Below are positions 26,171-40,925 of a DNA stretch of 64,000 nucleotides, in pieces. Source of the stretch: Octopus sinensis (taxonomy: Eukaryota); assembly GCF_006345805.1 (NCBI RefSeq), contig NC_043008.1:1488001-1552000 (forward strand), written 5' to 3'. Under the pieces are notes generated by a model. That model was not told the DNA's origin. It saw only the letters and a list, made by a program, of their open reading frames with translations, and ran no database searches. Both the position numbers and the translations under genes were made by a program. How positions within the stretch are numbered: the first letter of the stretch is position 1; every line of letters starts with the position of its first letter.

Positions 26171-27139
26171 CTAAATTTACTTCCCATAACACACACGCAA
26201 ATACACGTACCTATACGTATATACACAAGCATACAACGTTAACATTCATGTGTATAGGTATCTATATATACTTGCATATATGTGCTTGCTTTTATATATG
26301 TTCATGTTTGTTCGTTTACACACACAAACACCCGTGTGTACATCTGTATGAACTTGTACGTATATATGTTCTGGTGTGCGTATAAAATCTAAGGACTAAT
26401 ATTATTGTGAAAATATTTTGATCATTGTTAAATGCAGTAGAGGGGGCCCATCTGAAAGTGTATTTTAATTCAAAGGAAACTATGTTGCTTAATTTAGTTT
26501 AAGACAAAAGAAATTCAATGAGTCATAACTGTATACGTATTTATTGCTGAGATTTTAGAACGACGACGACACATTAGACAACGTTAAATTTGAATACAAG
26601 CAGTTTCAAAGTTACTGGATGCTGCATCAAGAATTGCCCAGTAGTCTTTGATGAAAGTTACATCGTTTTTAATTTACGCAAAATATATATTGCTGAAGTG
26701 CATTGCGTCGTATATTTCTTTTCTCAATGCCATGACCACAGTCACACATTTCAAAGTGACATCAATATGCACATTTTCCACAGAGGGAATAGGCAAATTT
26801 ACTCCAAATCATACACATGCTGATAGAAAAGACTCATTAGCAGGATATTTCTATGAAAACTCAATGGGAACTATCAGAACACTTTCTCACATTAAGATAT
26901 GTACTCCTCAATCTATTTCTCTTCCTGTCCCTCCCTATCTGTCCCTATCTCTTTCTCTCTCTCTCTATCTCTCTCTCTCTCTCTTTCTCTTACCATCTCC
27001 CTGTCTCTCAGGCGCGTTTTGAGACCAAATTTGCGAGAATGATGGGGTGTAAATCTATTCCGTTCATCGCAGCTGAAGCCAGTTGAAGTATAGCCACCTA
27101 AGCTCACTTCAGACAAAAAACAACTAAGTACAATTAAGA

Positions 27140-27363
27140 ACAATAATTGTCAGAGCCCTGGAAACAGTAAGAAAACATCACGAGAAGTACGTGGAACTAA
27201 TAGTGTCTGCAATAAGGGTGGAGCACGTGCAGAAAACAGCACTGCTTCGAACCGCTCGAAAACTCTGGAAGGTGCTCAAAAAATAGGAGGTGTTACCTTA
27301 GTTTACTAGTAGTGAACAGCTGACACTGTAGTATATCTCCAGCGTTAGAAGGTGTGCAAAGGC
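27140..27363 (+). mobile_element. R4/Dong-type LINE 3' end
   Basis: IIVRALETV...VQKTALLRTARKLWKVL; 3' UTR GAGGTGTTACCTTAG...GTGAACAGCTGACACTGTAGTA shared with 30910-30988. Confidence 0.85.
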
Positions 27364-27388
27364 AATTATAATTAATAATTATGATTCA

Positions 27389-27590
27389 GTGTGACCATGA
27401 GATAGAGAATAGGAAGTCAGACATAGTGTTAATTGAGAAAGAAAACAAGCAATGCCGAATCATACATATAGCATACCCAGCTGACATGTGATGAGAAAGA
27501 AAGGTCGATAGAGATGACACGTCGGCTTGGGAGGTTATGCAGTCGTGGTCGCTGAAAAAATAACCAATAATCTCTATGGAAATCTGGGTT
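27389..27590 (+). mobile_element. R4/Dong-type LINE endonuclease fragment
   Basis: CDHEIENRKSDIVLIEKENKQCRIIHIAYPAD resembles the RRPD...IIDIAVP motif. Confidence 0.75.
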
Positions 27591-29704
27591 CCGTAATCTA
27601 CAGAGTTGAATATTTAAACTGAAGGTAAAACATTCAAATCTGAAATAACATGCGTACGTTCTAATATACTAAACGTATAATAGAATTTTGCAAAGCCTCA
27701 TTATGACATTGGTCACCTACTTAAAGGACCATAACTATGTGAAATGGATTCTGCTTTCTCTATCAAACGTCAAGTTCGGTGTAAGAAAGGTACTTAAAAT
27801 ATCACAGAAATGTAAAAAAATGAATTTGGTTTTACATATGTATATTAATAACAGAAGATACTAAATGCACACTAAGCTCATAGCGATGGCAAATATTTAA
27901 ACTAATACTGGAAATTGGAGATACCAGTTGAAATTTATTAATAAACATAATATTATATTGTGTGTTTTAGAAGACAACCTCCAGAATTGTACTCATCATA
28001 GTAATATAATTGGAGACTAAGAGTGGTATATTTAAAAAATAAAAAATTCAAACGCTGTAAAACAAAAAAAATAGAAACGGTGAGATCATATATATATAAT
28101 GAGAATAAAATTGACATCTGCTTGAAAGCAAATAACTGTTAATGGTTATGTCAATGTTGGGAAGCGATTGCAGAACGTTCGCTTTTTAACATTGACATAT
28201 TGGTATACATGTATGCAAGTAAGCAGAAAAAAAATCGGAAAGCTGTGTCGCTTAATGGTTCTTCAGCAAATATTTACTTTCTTGGTTTTTAAATAAAACA
28301 AGGTAAGTTTTGTTTTTAATTGATAAAGAAATATTATGTTGCATTTTACTAAATCAACGCAGTCTTCTTGCATCGGAAGCATTGCAACTATTTGCCGATG
28401 GGCTACGTTTCGCAAAAGTAGTTCAAACAAAATCAAGGCATGTTGAATATTAAAAGACACATGTAGTACTGTAGTATGGAATCCTCTCTACTCCGATTAA
28501 TACATGATAACATGCAGTAAGAATAAAGTACCAACAATTTTTACTAAATATGAACAATTTTTACAAATGTGTTATCCTGGATAAACTAAGATTGATACAA
28601 TAAGATTGATAAATCTGTAAGATATTTGAGAATTATCTTAAATATGAACTCAAGTCTAACAGTAAGTTTGAAGCGGATAACACCTTAGATATCACAACAG
28701 CAATATATAACTTGAATAGGATTCGTTCTAAGGTGCAACAGAGAAGAAAATAAGGTAGAATAAACATTTTGATATTGTTTATATTAAATTTGATGTTATT
28801 TATATTGCATGACCCAAACTTTGCCATGAATCACTTTGCAGTAAGCATAATGTAGAGAGGGATCGATTACAATTTGAAATATTTTATAACACTAACGCTG
28901 ATGAACTAGACAAGCATCGAAAAAAGTTGCTAAGCGCGGAGGAAACAAATTGTTGTGATCGTATAACAAAGGGCATACATACTTTTAGCATCTACCTCAA
29001 AAACCAAATGCCTACTAAGCTGATGTAAACAGCGGAAAGATTCCATACAGGTTATGATGATTCAAATTTAATTGAACGAATTAAAACAGTGATTAATACA
29101 GAAAAATTGTAATGGTATGGGGAAGGAATACGAACCCTTATAACTCCCGAAAGTTTTCAATAGACCGGATAGCGACATAACAATAATAAAAAATGATTGT
29201 GCAAAATGAAAGGTTAAAAGAGAATTACAGCTCAAGATCAATGTCTACTGGAAAGAATTTTCCAGATGTATATCATCAGGCGTAATATGTTGCCGAAATT
29301 CTGAAATAAATTTGAATAGAGAATATTATTGAAAACTACCAAGAGAAAATATACAACGTAATTCAAGCGTCAGTTCAAAATAATTAAATCAGTTATTGAA
29401 ATATTCAATCTGGATGTAGAAATAACGAGCGTGTAGGAGTTTATACACAGAACAGTGCGTATAGTTACAATCGTTTGAAAATTAATAAAAAGGGATGAAG
29501 GCAAATATTTAATGAATATCACACGCATAGCATAGCGTCACATACAGCATATAGAATATCTGAAAGAGAATTAGAAATAGAAAAATACTGCATGTACAGA
29601 AGGTATGAATCACCATTTGATTGCAATATATGAGGACTACCAAGGGGAATGGAAATGGTTATGATAATGATCTCAAATTTTGGCACAATGCCAGCAATTT
29701 CGGA

Positions 29705-29872
29705 CGATGGACTAAGTCGATTAAATTTATTTCTGTGCTTCATCGGTCCTTATTCTATCGGCCCCAAAACAATGAAGGGCAAAGTCCACCTCGACGAAAT
29801 CTGAACTTAGAACATTAAGACAGACGAAATGCAGCCTAGCATTTCCCCCGGAGTGCTAACGCTTGTGGCAGT
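29705..29872 (-). mobile_element. Old Meta-domain tRNA SINE
   Basis: GGCAAAGTCCACCTCGACGAAATCTGAACTTAGAAC...GACGAAAT...GCATTTCCCCCGGAGTGCTAACG aligns with 32590-32823. Confidence 0.7.
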
Positions 29873-29924
29873 TAAATAATGATGATGATGATAATGATGA
29901 CGATTATGATACTACTACTACTAC

Positions 29925-29962
<38 letters not shown>

Positions 29963-29964
29963 TA

Positions 29965-30004
<40 letters not shown>

Positions 30005-30031
30005 GACTAATAATAATAATAATAATAATAA
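29873..30031. repeat. (GAT)n/(TAC)n/(AAT)n microsatellite
   Basis: Directly visible. Confidence 0.95.
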
Positions 30032-30988
30032 CACTGATTCTGAGGAAAGCAAAGGCTGGTTATGTATTCAAGAGCCGCCAACAAAAAGCCAACCATTTGT
30101 TATTCACGTATGACCTCAAACCTTATGGTAAAGATGAATCCTAAGTCAGTTAACCTCGTTGATACATTATATACCTCCCGTGCTGATATAAGAAAGGAGT
30201 TCGGACAGAAAAAGTGCGATGTGTTAGTATTGAAGAGAGGCAAAATCAAATGTATGGACGGAGTAGCGACGCCGTTGGGAGAGGTTCTGAAACAGAAACA
30301 AGAGACGGGCTATAAGTGCTTAGGGATTTGGGATATGGATAAATTAATGGAGAAAGAAATTACAGAAAGATTTAAGGTGGGGTACTTGCGCAGACTGAGA
30401 CAGATCCTTAAATCGAAATTAAATGGACGGAATAAGATTGAAGCTATCAACACATGGGCAGTTCCACTCTTTAGATATGGAACAGGGGTAATCGCATGGA
30501 CAGTAGACGAACCAAACAGCTCAGACAGAAAGACAAGGAAGTTGCTAACTAGATATGGGACAGTCCAACCAAAAAGTGACACAGACACATTGTATATACC
30601 CCGGAAAGTAGGGGGAAGAGGACTGAGTTGATGGGGACACACTTCATTAGAGCAGAAGAAAACATACATATGTTAAAAATGTCACTGAAGATCATCTTAC
30701 TTGAAGTAAGAAGATCAGGCTTGTATGCAATAAGGAAGAAAGAAAAGTTGAGAGTTATGACAGGTTAGCTTGCGAAGGTAAGCAGTTGTGGTCGATGAAA
30801 AAGGTAGCAATAGTGCCAATAATTATCGGAGCCCTGGGTACAGTGAGCAACAATCTCGAAAACACCACTGCTTGGAACCGCTCGAAAACTCCGGAAGGTG
30901 CTCGCAAAATAAGAGGTGTTACCTTAGCTCACTGGTAGTGAACAGCTGACACTGTAGTACATCCCCAACATTAGAAGCTGTGCAAAGA
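30032..30988 (+). mobile_element. R4/Dong-type LINE, 5'-truncated and internally deleted
   Basis: NHLLFTYDLK (mutated FMDDLK), GYKCLG, LKSKLNGRNKIEAINTWAVPLFRYG, DTLYIPRKVGGRGL; then jumps to PIIIGALGTVS and the 3' UTR; (AAT)n on both sides. Confidence 0.9.
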
Positions 30989-31040
30989 CAACAAGAACAA
31001 CAACAACAAAAACAATGATGATAATAATAATAACAACAAC

Positions 31041-31122
<82 letters not shown>
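30989..31122. repeat. (AAC)n/(AAT)n microsatellite
   Basis: Directly visible. Confidence 0.95.
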
Positions 31123-32589
31123 GTGTAGTCGTTCTTACTATTTTAAAAAAATTACTTTTCACCGTGTATCGAGTCAATATGTGCAAACAGTTAAAAACAC
31201 GCGGTTTCCCCCTCATAATCCATAATGGAAATGCCTAACACATACATGCACATTGAAAGTTTTCCTTAAAACATTAAAGCCGTAACATGCTACAAACTTA
31301 CCAGAATTATTTTCCCTATTATAAAATTTATGTCAGACTGTAATGATCAATGAAATCTAATTCGTCTAACGTAACGATATATTCATTTGCTGGGCTGGTA
31401 AAATAAAATATACATTAATATTATACGACAATTCGTCTTCGGCATGATTCAATGGAGGAATGTGGAATCTTGTTGATGAAATACTCCTAGAAATTCAATT
31501 TCCTGTCGATATGAACCAGATTGTTCGTCGATATTGGTTTTGTTTAAAAGTAAATGGTTACGTCACTTTATTAAAGCAATGACATGGTATAATATATCGA
31601 GTATTGTGCTCCATCATTTCATGCTATACTATTTCATTTGAATTCGAGGTCTTGATATTGGATCTTTGATTATACGACCTTGTAAATTAATAGCTTTTGA
31701 ACGTAGCGATCAAAGGCAAAACATATATGTATACTTGGAATAATAATAATCACACAAGTATTGAATTGAAATGAAGCATCATTAACCATAATACTCATAT
31801 TTCTTAATTAAAATTCACTGATGTCGATGAAAAATAAATGGAATGAAAGGAAAATAGGTAGGTTGCATTGCCTTTCATCTGAATAATTTCAGAAGATTTA
31901 CAGCTTATTGTGCAACCACGGTGCTTTTTCATCGTTTAATGTCTTGGTAAAATATATAAAAGTAAATACATTTTGCGGTAATTATCCTCAATTCAATAAG
32001 GCCTCAAAATAAAAATTTGTGAAGTTTTGTCGGAGTCAAGAAACATACATACGCATCGTTTGAAATGTGTTAAATACGGGGTTACGAACTTCGTCTAAAA
32101 ATCATTCCGCCTTTATTTCAAATGAGTAAATATATAGTTTGTTGGTTCAAAATTGATTAGCAATGTTTTATTGAATGCGGCAAGTTAAACGTTCTCATAA
32201 TTGCAAAACATGTGAGTGTGTATGTGTTTGCGTATCCATACAAATATACAAATGCATATATACATGTAATATTGTGTGTGATGCCATATGCTGTTGGGAT
32301 TAAACTGAATAACACTTAATAGAGATTCTCATTGCCATTTCTCTGAAATTTAAGGATCTTCTCTGGAGGAAGATAATTAAAAATTTGACAATAGTTGATC
32401 TTATCGTAGAGTATCTGCCTGTTTATTCTTAATGTTTATATTTCTAGTTTACAAAAGGAATAAAGGAAAACATGTCTGAAAATTTTCGAGGCCTCTGATA
32501 TCAGAACGGGCAAAGCAAATCTCTACGCTAACAATCGAGAATATATTCAACATCATGGTATAGAATTAACACAAAAGACAAAATATATA

Positions 32590-32823
32590 TATTTCTTTAC
32601 TACCCACAAGGGGCTAAACACAGAGGGGGCAAACAAGGACAGACAAACGGATTAAGTCGATTACATCGACCCCAGTGCGTAACAGGTACGTAATTTATCG
32701 ACCCCGAAAGGATGAAAGGCAAATTCAACCTCGGCGGAATTTGAACTCAGAACGTAACGGCAGACGTAATACGGCTGAGCATTTCGCCCGGCGTGCTAAC
32801 GTTTCTGCCAGCTCGCCTCCTTA
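32590..32823 (-). mobile_element. tRNA-derived Meta-domain SINE, full length
   Basis: Reverse complement: GGCGAGCTGGCAGAAACG (A-box), GAGTTCAAATTCC (B-box), TTTGCCTTTCATCCTTTCGGGGTCGATAAATTA (Meta domain), tail ending AAAGAAATA. Confidence 0.9.
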
Positions 32824-33194
32824 CAAAAGAAAAAAATATATACCAAAGAATGAGGTGATGTGTTTCGAATGATGTCACGCTCAAATCCCGATTAATCTAT
32901 TTACTAATGAGGTTTCACGACTGTTCTTTTAATATTGATCCGAGAATATTTTACTTAATAAACATGTTGATTCCAGTGAATGATGCATATGGTGCATAAA
33001 CACTGGATACAGCAACTCGTGTATGTTACAAGACATTACGTGCAACGCATATTACAAGACTCAGTTCACCCAGTCATGGTTAGATTATACGCATGCAATT
33101 ATTGAAAGGATGTATAGAATTAATCTGTGTTGCTCTTCTACAGAGGACGATTGTATGTAATTAATATGAAATTACCTTGGCTTCATAATAAAAT

Positions 33195-33325
33195 AGTGTG
33201 TTGCAGTTGTTGCTGTTGATGTTCATTATAATAATGATGATGGTGTTGGTGATGGTTAAATTGATAATGATGACGACGACAACGACGAACACGACGATGA
33301 CGACTATTATGATGATCATAACGAT
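33195..33325. repeat. Degenerate (GAT)/(GAC)/(GTT) trinucleotide tract
   Basis: Directly visible. Confidence 0.8.
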
Positions 33326-36300
33326 GTGCTTTTTTACTTTCCAAAAGATAACGACGAAGCAGAGGTTCTATTTTACTGGTACTTTGGAGCTGCCCTAAGA
33401 ATGTCCTTGTCTCTACTGAGAAACGCAATGCTTAGTTTCAAAGACAGTTTTCCCTGTCTTCTCATTCAGTCAATAAGGTGTAGAAGAGGTTCCTTGCTTC
33501 TGATAGAAGATGCCCAAGCTGTGTTTCATTGTTGAAAGCAAAACATAAACATAAACATGCCGAAAGAATGTGGTGTTGAAAGAGTTTATACCAATTGGTG
33601 CAGCCTGATATCATACTGATATCAGACCGAGTCAAGAGTGTAATGTGAATAAATCAAATTCATACTATTTCTTAAACACTCATATGTTGTTTTGTTTCTT
33701 TGCCACAGTTGTCATCATCTTTATTGACCCCGTTGTTGTCGCTTCAGCTTTTCCGACTCCGGCTTGTATTGACAGAACAAACAGACTTATACTCAAAAGC
33801 ATATGGACTATAATCATCTCACGTTTGACTGAAACAGAATCGAAGACTACACATTCAAAAGTTTTTCACATTTGTCTATATACGCCATCGCACGATTTAA
33901 TACAAATATCATTACTACCTTTTATTCCTTAATCGGACATGTTATATGGAGAGGTAAATACATTGATGATATTTTAAGCAGCTGCAGTTGTGTTACGTTT
34001 ACCAAAATTTACGAGCAAACAGCGAAATATAGCACATTGTTTTCATGCTTCTGGTTTCGGTACTACATTGCTGGAGGTTAAATAACATGTTGCCTCAGGA
34101 AGAATCGAATATCGGTTTCCAGTAATACCAAAGTCGCTAAAGAGAATTGAATTCTCAAGCACATGATTTTAAACGTGCCAGAAGATATAAGGAATGTGTC
34201 TGATTGATGTAAGTGACTAACTTGCAGTCGAAGAAAATCGAAAAGTTCTCTTTTCTCGAAAGAGGGGAAAGAAAGAGAATGAGGGAGATAGAGAGGTAGA
34301 GTGGGCGTGATAGAGTGAGAGTGAGAGAGAAATCGTAGGAACGTAGTGTTCAGAATGCATCTCCGTATGTTACATGAATGATTTGTGTATAACAATAACA
34401 ATAACAAAAAAAAAACTATAGTCTTTTGATCTATGATAATTGCTTGTGCTATGTGTGTGTACCTGTACTTCTGTAGGTGTGTGCGTGCGTGTGTGCTTAG
34501 TGGTTTTGCACACCCGTGGAGAAGTATTAGGAAGGAACAATACATGCTGGTTTCTATAATATTACGAATAGAGGTCTGTTGAGGGCAACTGAACGCTTTT
34601 TTAATAAATACGGCAATTAACCGCTGTCTGTCACTACTTCAGAGCACAGTATTCACTGACGCCCCCTGCATTTGTTTAAACATCAAACATGGAAGGCAAT
34701 TGTCCACTGTGCGTGCTATTGCTTAACTATTCCAGGGCAGCTAGTTGACTGCATTGCCATTCAATATGTCCGACACCGTTGAAGTGAAGGCAAGTTCAAT
34801 TGCGTATGCCTATCAAATTAACCAGGACTACTGTTTTACTGTGACATGCATGGGAAAAAATATTTTTTCCATCTTTATTCTGTTTTTTTTTATTCTTTAT
34901 TCTATATTTTAGATCACAACATAAAAGTCCAACATTTGTTTCAATTGCATTAACACAAATGCACACGCACTCGCGCACACACACTTACACACAGAATATT
35001 ATTAAAATTAATACATGAACGAGAATTTATGTCAACACGACATTATCAAGGTAATCCAGATTGGTGAAATTCACATTACACATCTGAAAAAAATCTAATT
35101 GTTAAAAGGCGCTAACAAAATCAAACGCCAAACCAAATTGAACTTTAGACATTCATTCATTCACCAAAGAGCCACGTCATTGAATCACTAATTTAGTTTA
35201 TAAAAATAAAATATATAAATATACCATACTAATTTCATATTTATTACCTATTTGAAATCTACATAAAAAAGATCTAACAGAGAAAACGATTATATTCATC
35301 TCTTAAAATTGATGATGTCACTGGATATCTAAAGAACAAAACAGAACAAAAGAATTTTACATAATGCTCAACAGGTAACAAATGAATAAAAAAATACAGA
35401 TAATAATTCCAAATAATGCTTAATAGAAACTTATGGACTTTGCATCGCAATAAATAGATATTTCGCTGTCTCTTCTGTAATTTTTCCATTTTAATTACAC
35501 AGTGAGACCTTCGCCGATTGTGTATGCTGTTGAATATAATAATTCTTCAGTTATTATGACGGAAGGTTAATTTATATAGAAGGGTTTATTATATTTTAGA
35601 AACAAATATCTAATTAACTATTGCGATGTAATGTATACATTTCTATTAAGCATTACGTCGAAATATTATCTGTAGTTTTTTCTTCCAGTTTGTCAAAAAA
35701 TATGGAAAAATATGGTATTTTGTATATGATACAAAATAATTATTCTACTTAAACAAAATACATAAACTAAATTACTTATTCAATTACCTCTCACTTTGTT
35801 GAAGGAAATTCTAAAGTTAACTTTGGTTAAGAATTTGGTTTTGCTAAGTTTTTTAACAGTTAATATTTTGTCTAGATATACAATTATATGAATGTGAAGA
35901 CAAACATAAAATAAATTTACAGAGCTGCACCTATGTCTACTTGCATATATACATACACTCATGCCTACATATACATACATACAAAAATATATTGTTGTTG
36001 ATGTTGATATACCAAAGAAGGAGCCTTGGATCTAGATTAGAAACTAACTCTTTCTCTATTACAAAGACATGTTGAAATAAAACTGAATAATAATAAGCAT
36101 ACACAAAACACATTGATACAGAATCCGTTGCTATTTAACGCAAAACGAATCCTGATTCTATAGTCCTGCACCAAACGCGTAACAATGGCAATGACCTCCA
36201 GATTTTAGAACATATCATGGGGTTTGATTATCTGCTAAAAGATTAGGCTCATGTTTTGATGTGCTATATATGGGCTTTAAGGATTGCCTGTTGAGGAATC

Positions 36301-36974
36301 TACTGAATGAACGTTCATTTCCTCCCACACACGGATGTTGCTTCAATGTAAACTTTCGTTAACAGAGAGACGGGGAAGTTGAGTAGATTTGATTACTCTT
36401 CGTAACGCAGGCCAGGTATGTATGATATAGCTTCATGAATGAAAAAAAAGTGCTACAATATATATATCAGTTAAACATACATACATGCACACGCATACAC
36501 AAAAACATGCACAAACAGACACACACACACACGTAAACATATATGAAACGTACTCACAGAGAATTGATATTCTTACCCAGGTGAATAAGAAAGCTAGAGC
36601 AGTGTGCGTATCGGTATAAAAAGGTGTTACGATTGCTATTCAACACTTTATAAGGCACGGGAGATGGATGACTATTTCATGTGAAGATACCGTTAATTCA
36701 TCTCATATAAAGAGCCAAGGAATAATAGAAGGTTTGGACTTAAGTTTTTTCTTAACATATTTTATAATGATATATAGAGTGCACTCTTTTTCTCAGGACA
36801 CACGGTATTCTTGGGTACGTGTATAACAATAAAAGAATATACATATACTTACACAAACACACAAGCACATACATGTGGAGAATATTTACAAGTACCCAAA
36901 ATTGTTTTTTTTAAAATTTTTTTACAGAAGTTATATGGCAATTGTATCTATACTTTCTACAATAAACTGTATGT

Positions 36975-37066
36975 ATGTATATACATATATACACATACAC
37001 CCTATCCTACGCAAAAAAATGCGTTCTATATATATACGTATATATGTATACACGCACTCATATCTA

Positions 37067-37122
<56 letters not shown>

Positions 37123-37148
37123 CACTATGTTACACAAAAAATTGCGTG

Positions 37149-37180
<32 letters not shown>

Positions 37181-37260
37181 GTATATGTGTATACACACAC
37201 ACATACGCCCTATCCTACGCACAAAAATGCATTCGACATATATGTATACACACACACATA
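36975..37260 (+). repeat. Minisatellite whose units are separated by (AT)n
   Basis: CCCTATCCTACGCA(A/C)AAAAATGC near 37000 and 37208, with a diverged unit near 37123. Confidence 0.75.
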
Positions 37261-37801
37261 TATATAGGTATAGATAAATATGAATATAGATGTAGATTCG
37301 AGTGAATGTTTGTGTGAATGTGTGTGTGTGTGTATTTTTGTGTAAATATACATAAGGTAGCAATTTACTTGTTTTTAATATATGTTCGAAAACTACAATA
37401 TGTAGGAAGCGTTGAAAGATTGCAGCATTTGATATCTTTTCGTTATTTCTAAATGACACATTACAACATGCTTTGCTTACGCATGACCTAATGTAATTGA
37501 CGTCAACACAAACTGCGTGCAATTGGAGCAACTTTCTATCTATTTGCATTTTGTGCACTCAATTTTTAAAAGCCAATTCCTGCGTATACAGAACGAAAGT
37601 AATGATCAATTTCAATATTTGTTTGGCTGTAATACTGTTTCCTTTTTTTTAATTGACATGTGCGTTAGAAACGAAGATACGGATAGACAGATGCATACCC
37701 GAACTCACACGCAGAGACACAGACACAAACACAATCACATATATGTAGAGAGAGTGAGAGAGAGAAAGCAAGAAAGAGTGACAGAGATGTATATATATTA
37801 T

Positions 37802-37846
<45 letters not shown>

Positions 37847-38081
37847 TATAGATTAGGGTATCTGAGAGATACCATCATGCTGGAATAGCAGTCAAAACCC
37901 TGACCCTAAAACCACCTTAAATGTTCATATCGCGTCAGGAGAGACGACAGAGAGCCAAAATAAACTAGCAAAATAGATTTTACTTGGGAATTCTAGATCC
38001 TGGATTTCTGGCTTTGCTTCAGCGACGCTCTGCCATCTTCAGTTGAATAGACCAGATAGGCACATAAATACAGATATATAT

Positions 38082-38222
<141 letters not shown>

Positions 38223-38294
38223 ATATATATTTGTATGTATATATATGTATATGTTCATATGTAGATATATAGATAGATAGATAGATAGATAGAG

Positions 38295-38330
<36 letters not shown>

Positions 38331-38333
<3 letters not shown>

Positions 38334-39482
38334 TCCATCTATTTACAAGCTCTTTAATACCATCAATGTAAAACTCCTTTGGTTTCAACGCAAAGAACTC
38401 TGAAATGTCAGTTTCGACCTCTTCCTGGTTGCGAAAGCTATGGCACCCAAATAATGCTGTAAACTATGAAACAAATGGTAGCCTGAAGGAGCAAGGTTGG
38501 CAGAATATGGTGGATGAAGTATATTTCCCCAACCAAGCTCTTCGATCTTCTGGGATATGATATTTGCAGTGTGGGGTCGTGCATTGTCCAGATTCACTAA
38601 AGCGAGTCTTTTTTTTCTTCAAAGTGTGGTTCAAACGCGCTAATTGCAGACAGTAGACTTGAGCATTGATTGTTGCATTAGTTAGTGACAATTCAAAGTG
38701 AATTACTATTTTACAATCCCATCAGATAAAGAGAAGAACCTTTTTCTCATGAAGTTCCATTCTCGGTTATGTTTGAGCTTTTCCCCTTTTATCAAGCCAC
38801 TGCTTACGGCGTTTAATATTTTGATTGAAGATCCATTTTTCGTCACCAGTCACAAGTCTATCCAAAAAGGGTGAAATGTGTTCGCGACATGTGGAGAAGA
38901 GTAGATGTCAACTCGGGATTTGCGGTTACTTTCGGACAATTCATGTGGCACCTATTTTCCAAGTTTAGGAAACTTTCCAAAATGTTGAAGATGCCGATGA
39001 ACAGTTGTATGGTTTGGAGTAAGCTTTATTGCCAATTCTTAAACTGATAATGCAGGAGTTTCTTCAAGTAATGCCCCAAGGAGATTCTCATCAAACTCAT
39101 CTGTACATTCTGTTCGATCTTCATCTTCAAGTCTGAAATCTCCACTTCTGAAATTTGCAAACCATCTTCTGCAAGTTCTTACATTCAAGCATTCTATCCC
39201 ATGAACTGAGTATAGGTCACGAGTCGCTTCGGCTGCAGAGTTTCCTTTATTGTACTCATAAAGCATTATGGGCCTTAAATGCTCTTTGGATACTTCCATG
39301 TTACAAAGGGTTTTAATCAAATACATTTTAATTCTATTATTCTGTAAAATAATATTTCACTATTCTAAATGTACACAAATGCATAAAAGAAATTAATTTC
39401 ATTAGACATTCTAACATACTAATAAATTTCATTCAATTTTTAAAAAGGTAAAATCGGACAGAACTTATGTGATGACCTGATA
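38331..39482 (-). mobile_element. Mariner (DD34D-type) transposon, decayed and 3'-truncated
   Basis: 5' TIR TATCAGGTCATCACATAAGTTCTGTCC with TA at 39481-39482; ATG at 39299; HTH WFANFRSGDFRLED; VTGDEKW, DNARPH, HPPYSANLAPSGYHLF; frameshifts; no 3' TIR. Confidence 0.92.
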
Positions 39483-39553
39483 TATTTATACATCTAAATA
39501 TGCGTGTGTCTCTCTCTTTCCCTCTCTCTCTCTCTCTCCCTATATATATGTGC

Positions 39554-39596
<43 letters not shown>

Positions 39597-40828
39597 CAAG
39601 CCTATGCGTCTAAATATTTCAATATATTAACGTTTGGTTGTTTTGCGTGAAGCTGTGAATGCGCGTACGATTGATCAAGATGAGAACGAAATTCTTCGAA
39701 TTCCCCAAAATTCATTCTACAAGTCAGTTTCAACAATCGTCTCAGATTAATTCTCTTTAGAAAGCTGCAGAAAATAAGCAACAGTATATATATATATATA
39801 TACATATATAAACAAACATATTTTATATCCATTATTTGTATCCATATGTGTGTGTGTGTGTGTGTGTGTGTCCCTGGGTTATTTCTTTTATATTTAGAAA
39901 ATGAAAATAATATCAATCATAAATATTTAGGTATATTTATATACAATTGTATTTTGCTTTTTTCTCTTTTTCTCTAAAACCATTAGTTGTATTACAGATA
40001 TATCTCGCACATTGAATTTGGACACATCTATAAATCTGAAAATAATATTTCCCTCTATATGAAATCTCACAAATGCAATTTGATTCTCGTACATAAATAG
40101 AAGTGAAATCCATGTTAGTAATAAAATGAGTTTTGCCTGAAATTCAAATTAAAATTTTCTACTTTTATATTAATAGCATTTATTCCCATTTATATTATTC
40201 CCATTTATGATATTTACATACATTTCATTGGAGAATTGAGAAATATTGAACAAATCTTAAAATATCTGAAACCATTTAATGTCTTACTACGGAGAGTAGG
40301 ACTTTCGGTTCAAGTCCCAACGGATTTTCTTTCTATCTTTCAATGGTCAGCAAACTAATCGCAAGCCTAATATTTGCGTCTGTGTTAAAATTTCCTTCGT
40401 AATCTGTCAATTAGCTGCCAAGATCTCTGAATTGCTTTAGACATACGGGTATTTTGAAACATTAAAACAATCTAGTCGTATATTCCACACTGAAATACCT
40501 AAATGTCACGTGTATTTTATTAGTTTGTGACTACAATTTCCATCCAGTAGTTAATACAAAACAAGATTTATCACCGGGATACTCTGTGACATAGAAACTA
40601 TTTTCAATCATCTACCGCATATCCATGTATATATATAATTAAAATCACATTAAGGGTGAAAAAAATTGAATATCAATTAATAACATCAATTTAAAACACC
40701 AAGTGGCCTAACGTATAAAGACTGGGATACAGTAAAATTTATTAATACAAGTAATGAAAGAGAGTGGTGGATTCCCTTCGTGCATCTATATCTAGCGTTA
40801 AAGTCACCACATGTGGACTCTCTCTCAT

Positions 40829-40834
<6 letters not shown>

Positions 40835-40924
<90 letters not shown>
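40835..40924. repeat. Perfect (TA)45 microsatellite
   Basis: 90 bp uninterrupted run. Confidence 0.97.

Positions 40925-40925
<1 letters not shown>

Noticed and set aside
34560-34800. CTCF-like GCAGGGGGCG (34660-34669, minus) with FOX/SOX-like words
   Set aside because: Short motifs expected by chance in 64 kb; no independent support.
36366-36415. Exon candidate with AG acceptor and CAG|GTATGT donor
   Set aside because: Stops in all three frames and no partner exons found.
38000-38045. Minus-strand CTGAAGA-T-GGC...GCC-A-GAAA hammerhead-like string
   Set aside because: Extra base before GAAA and no helix I.
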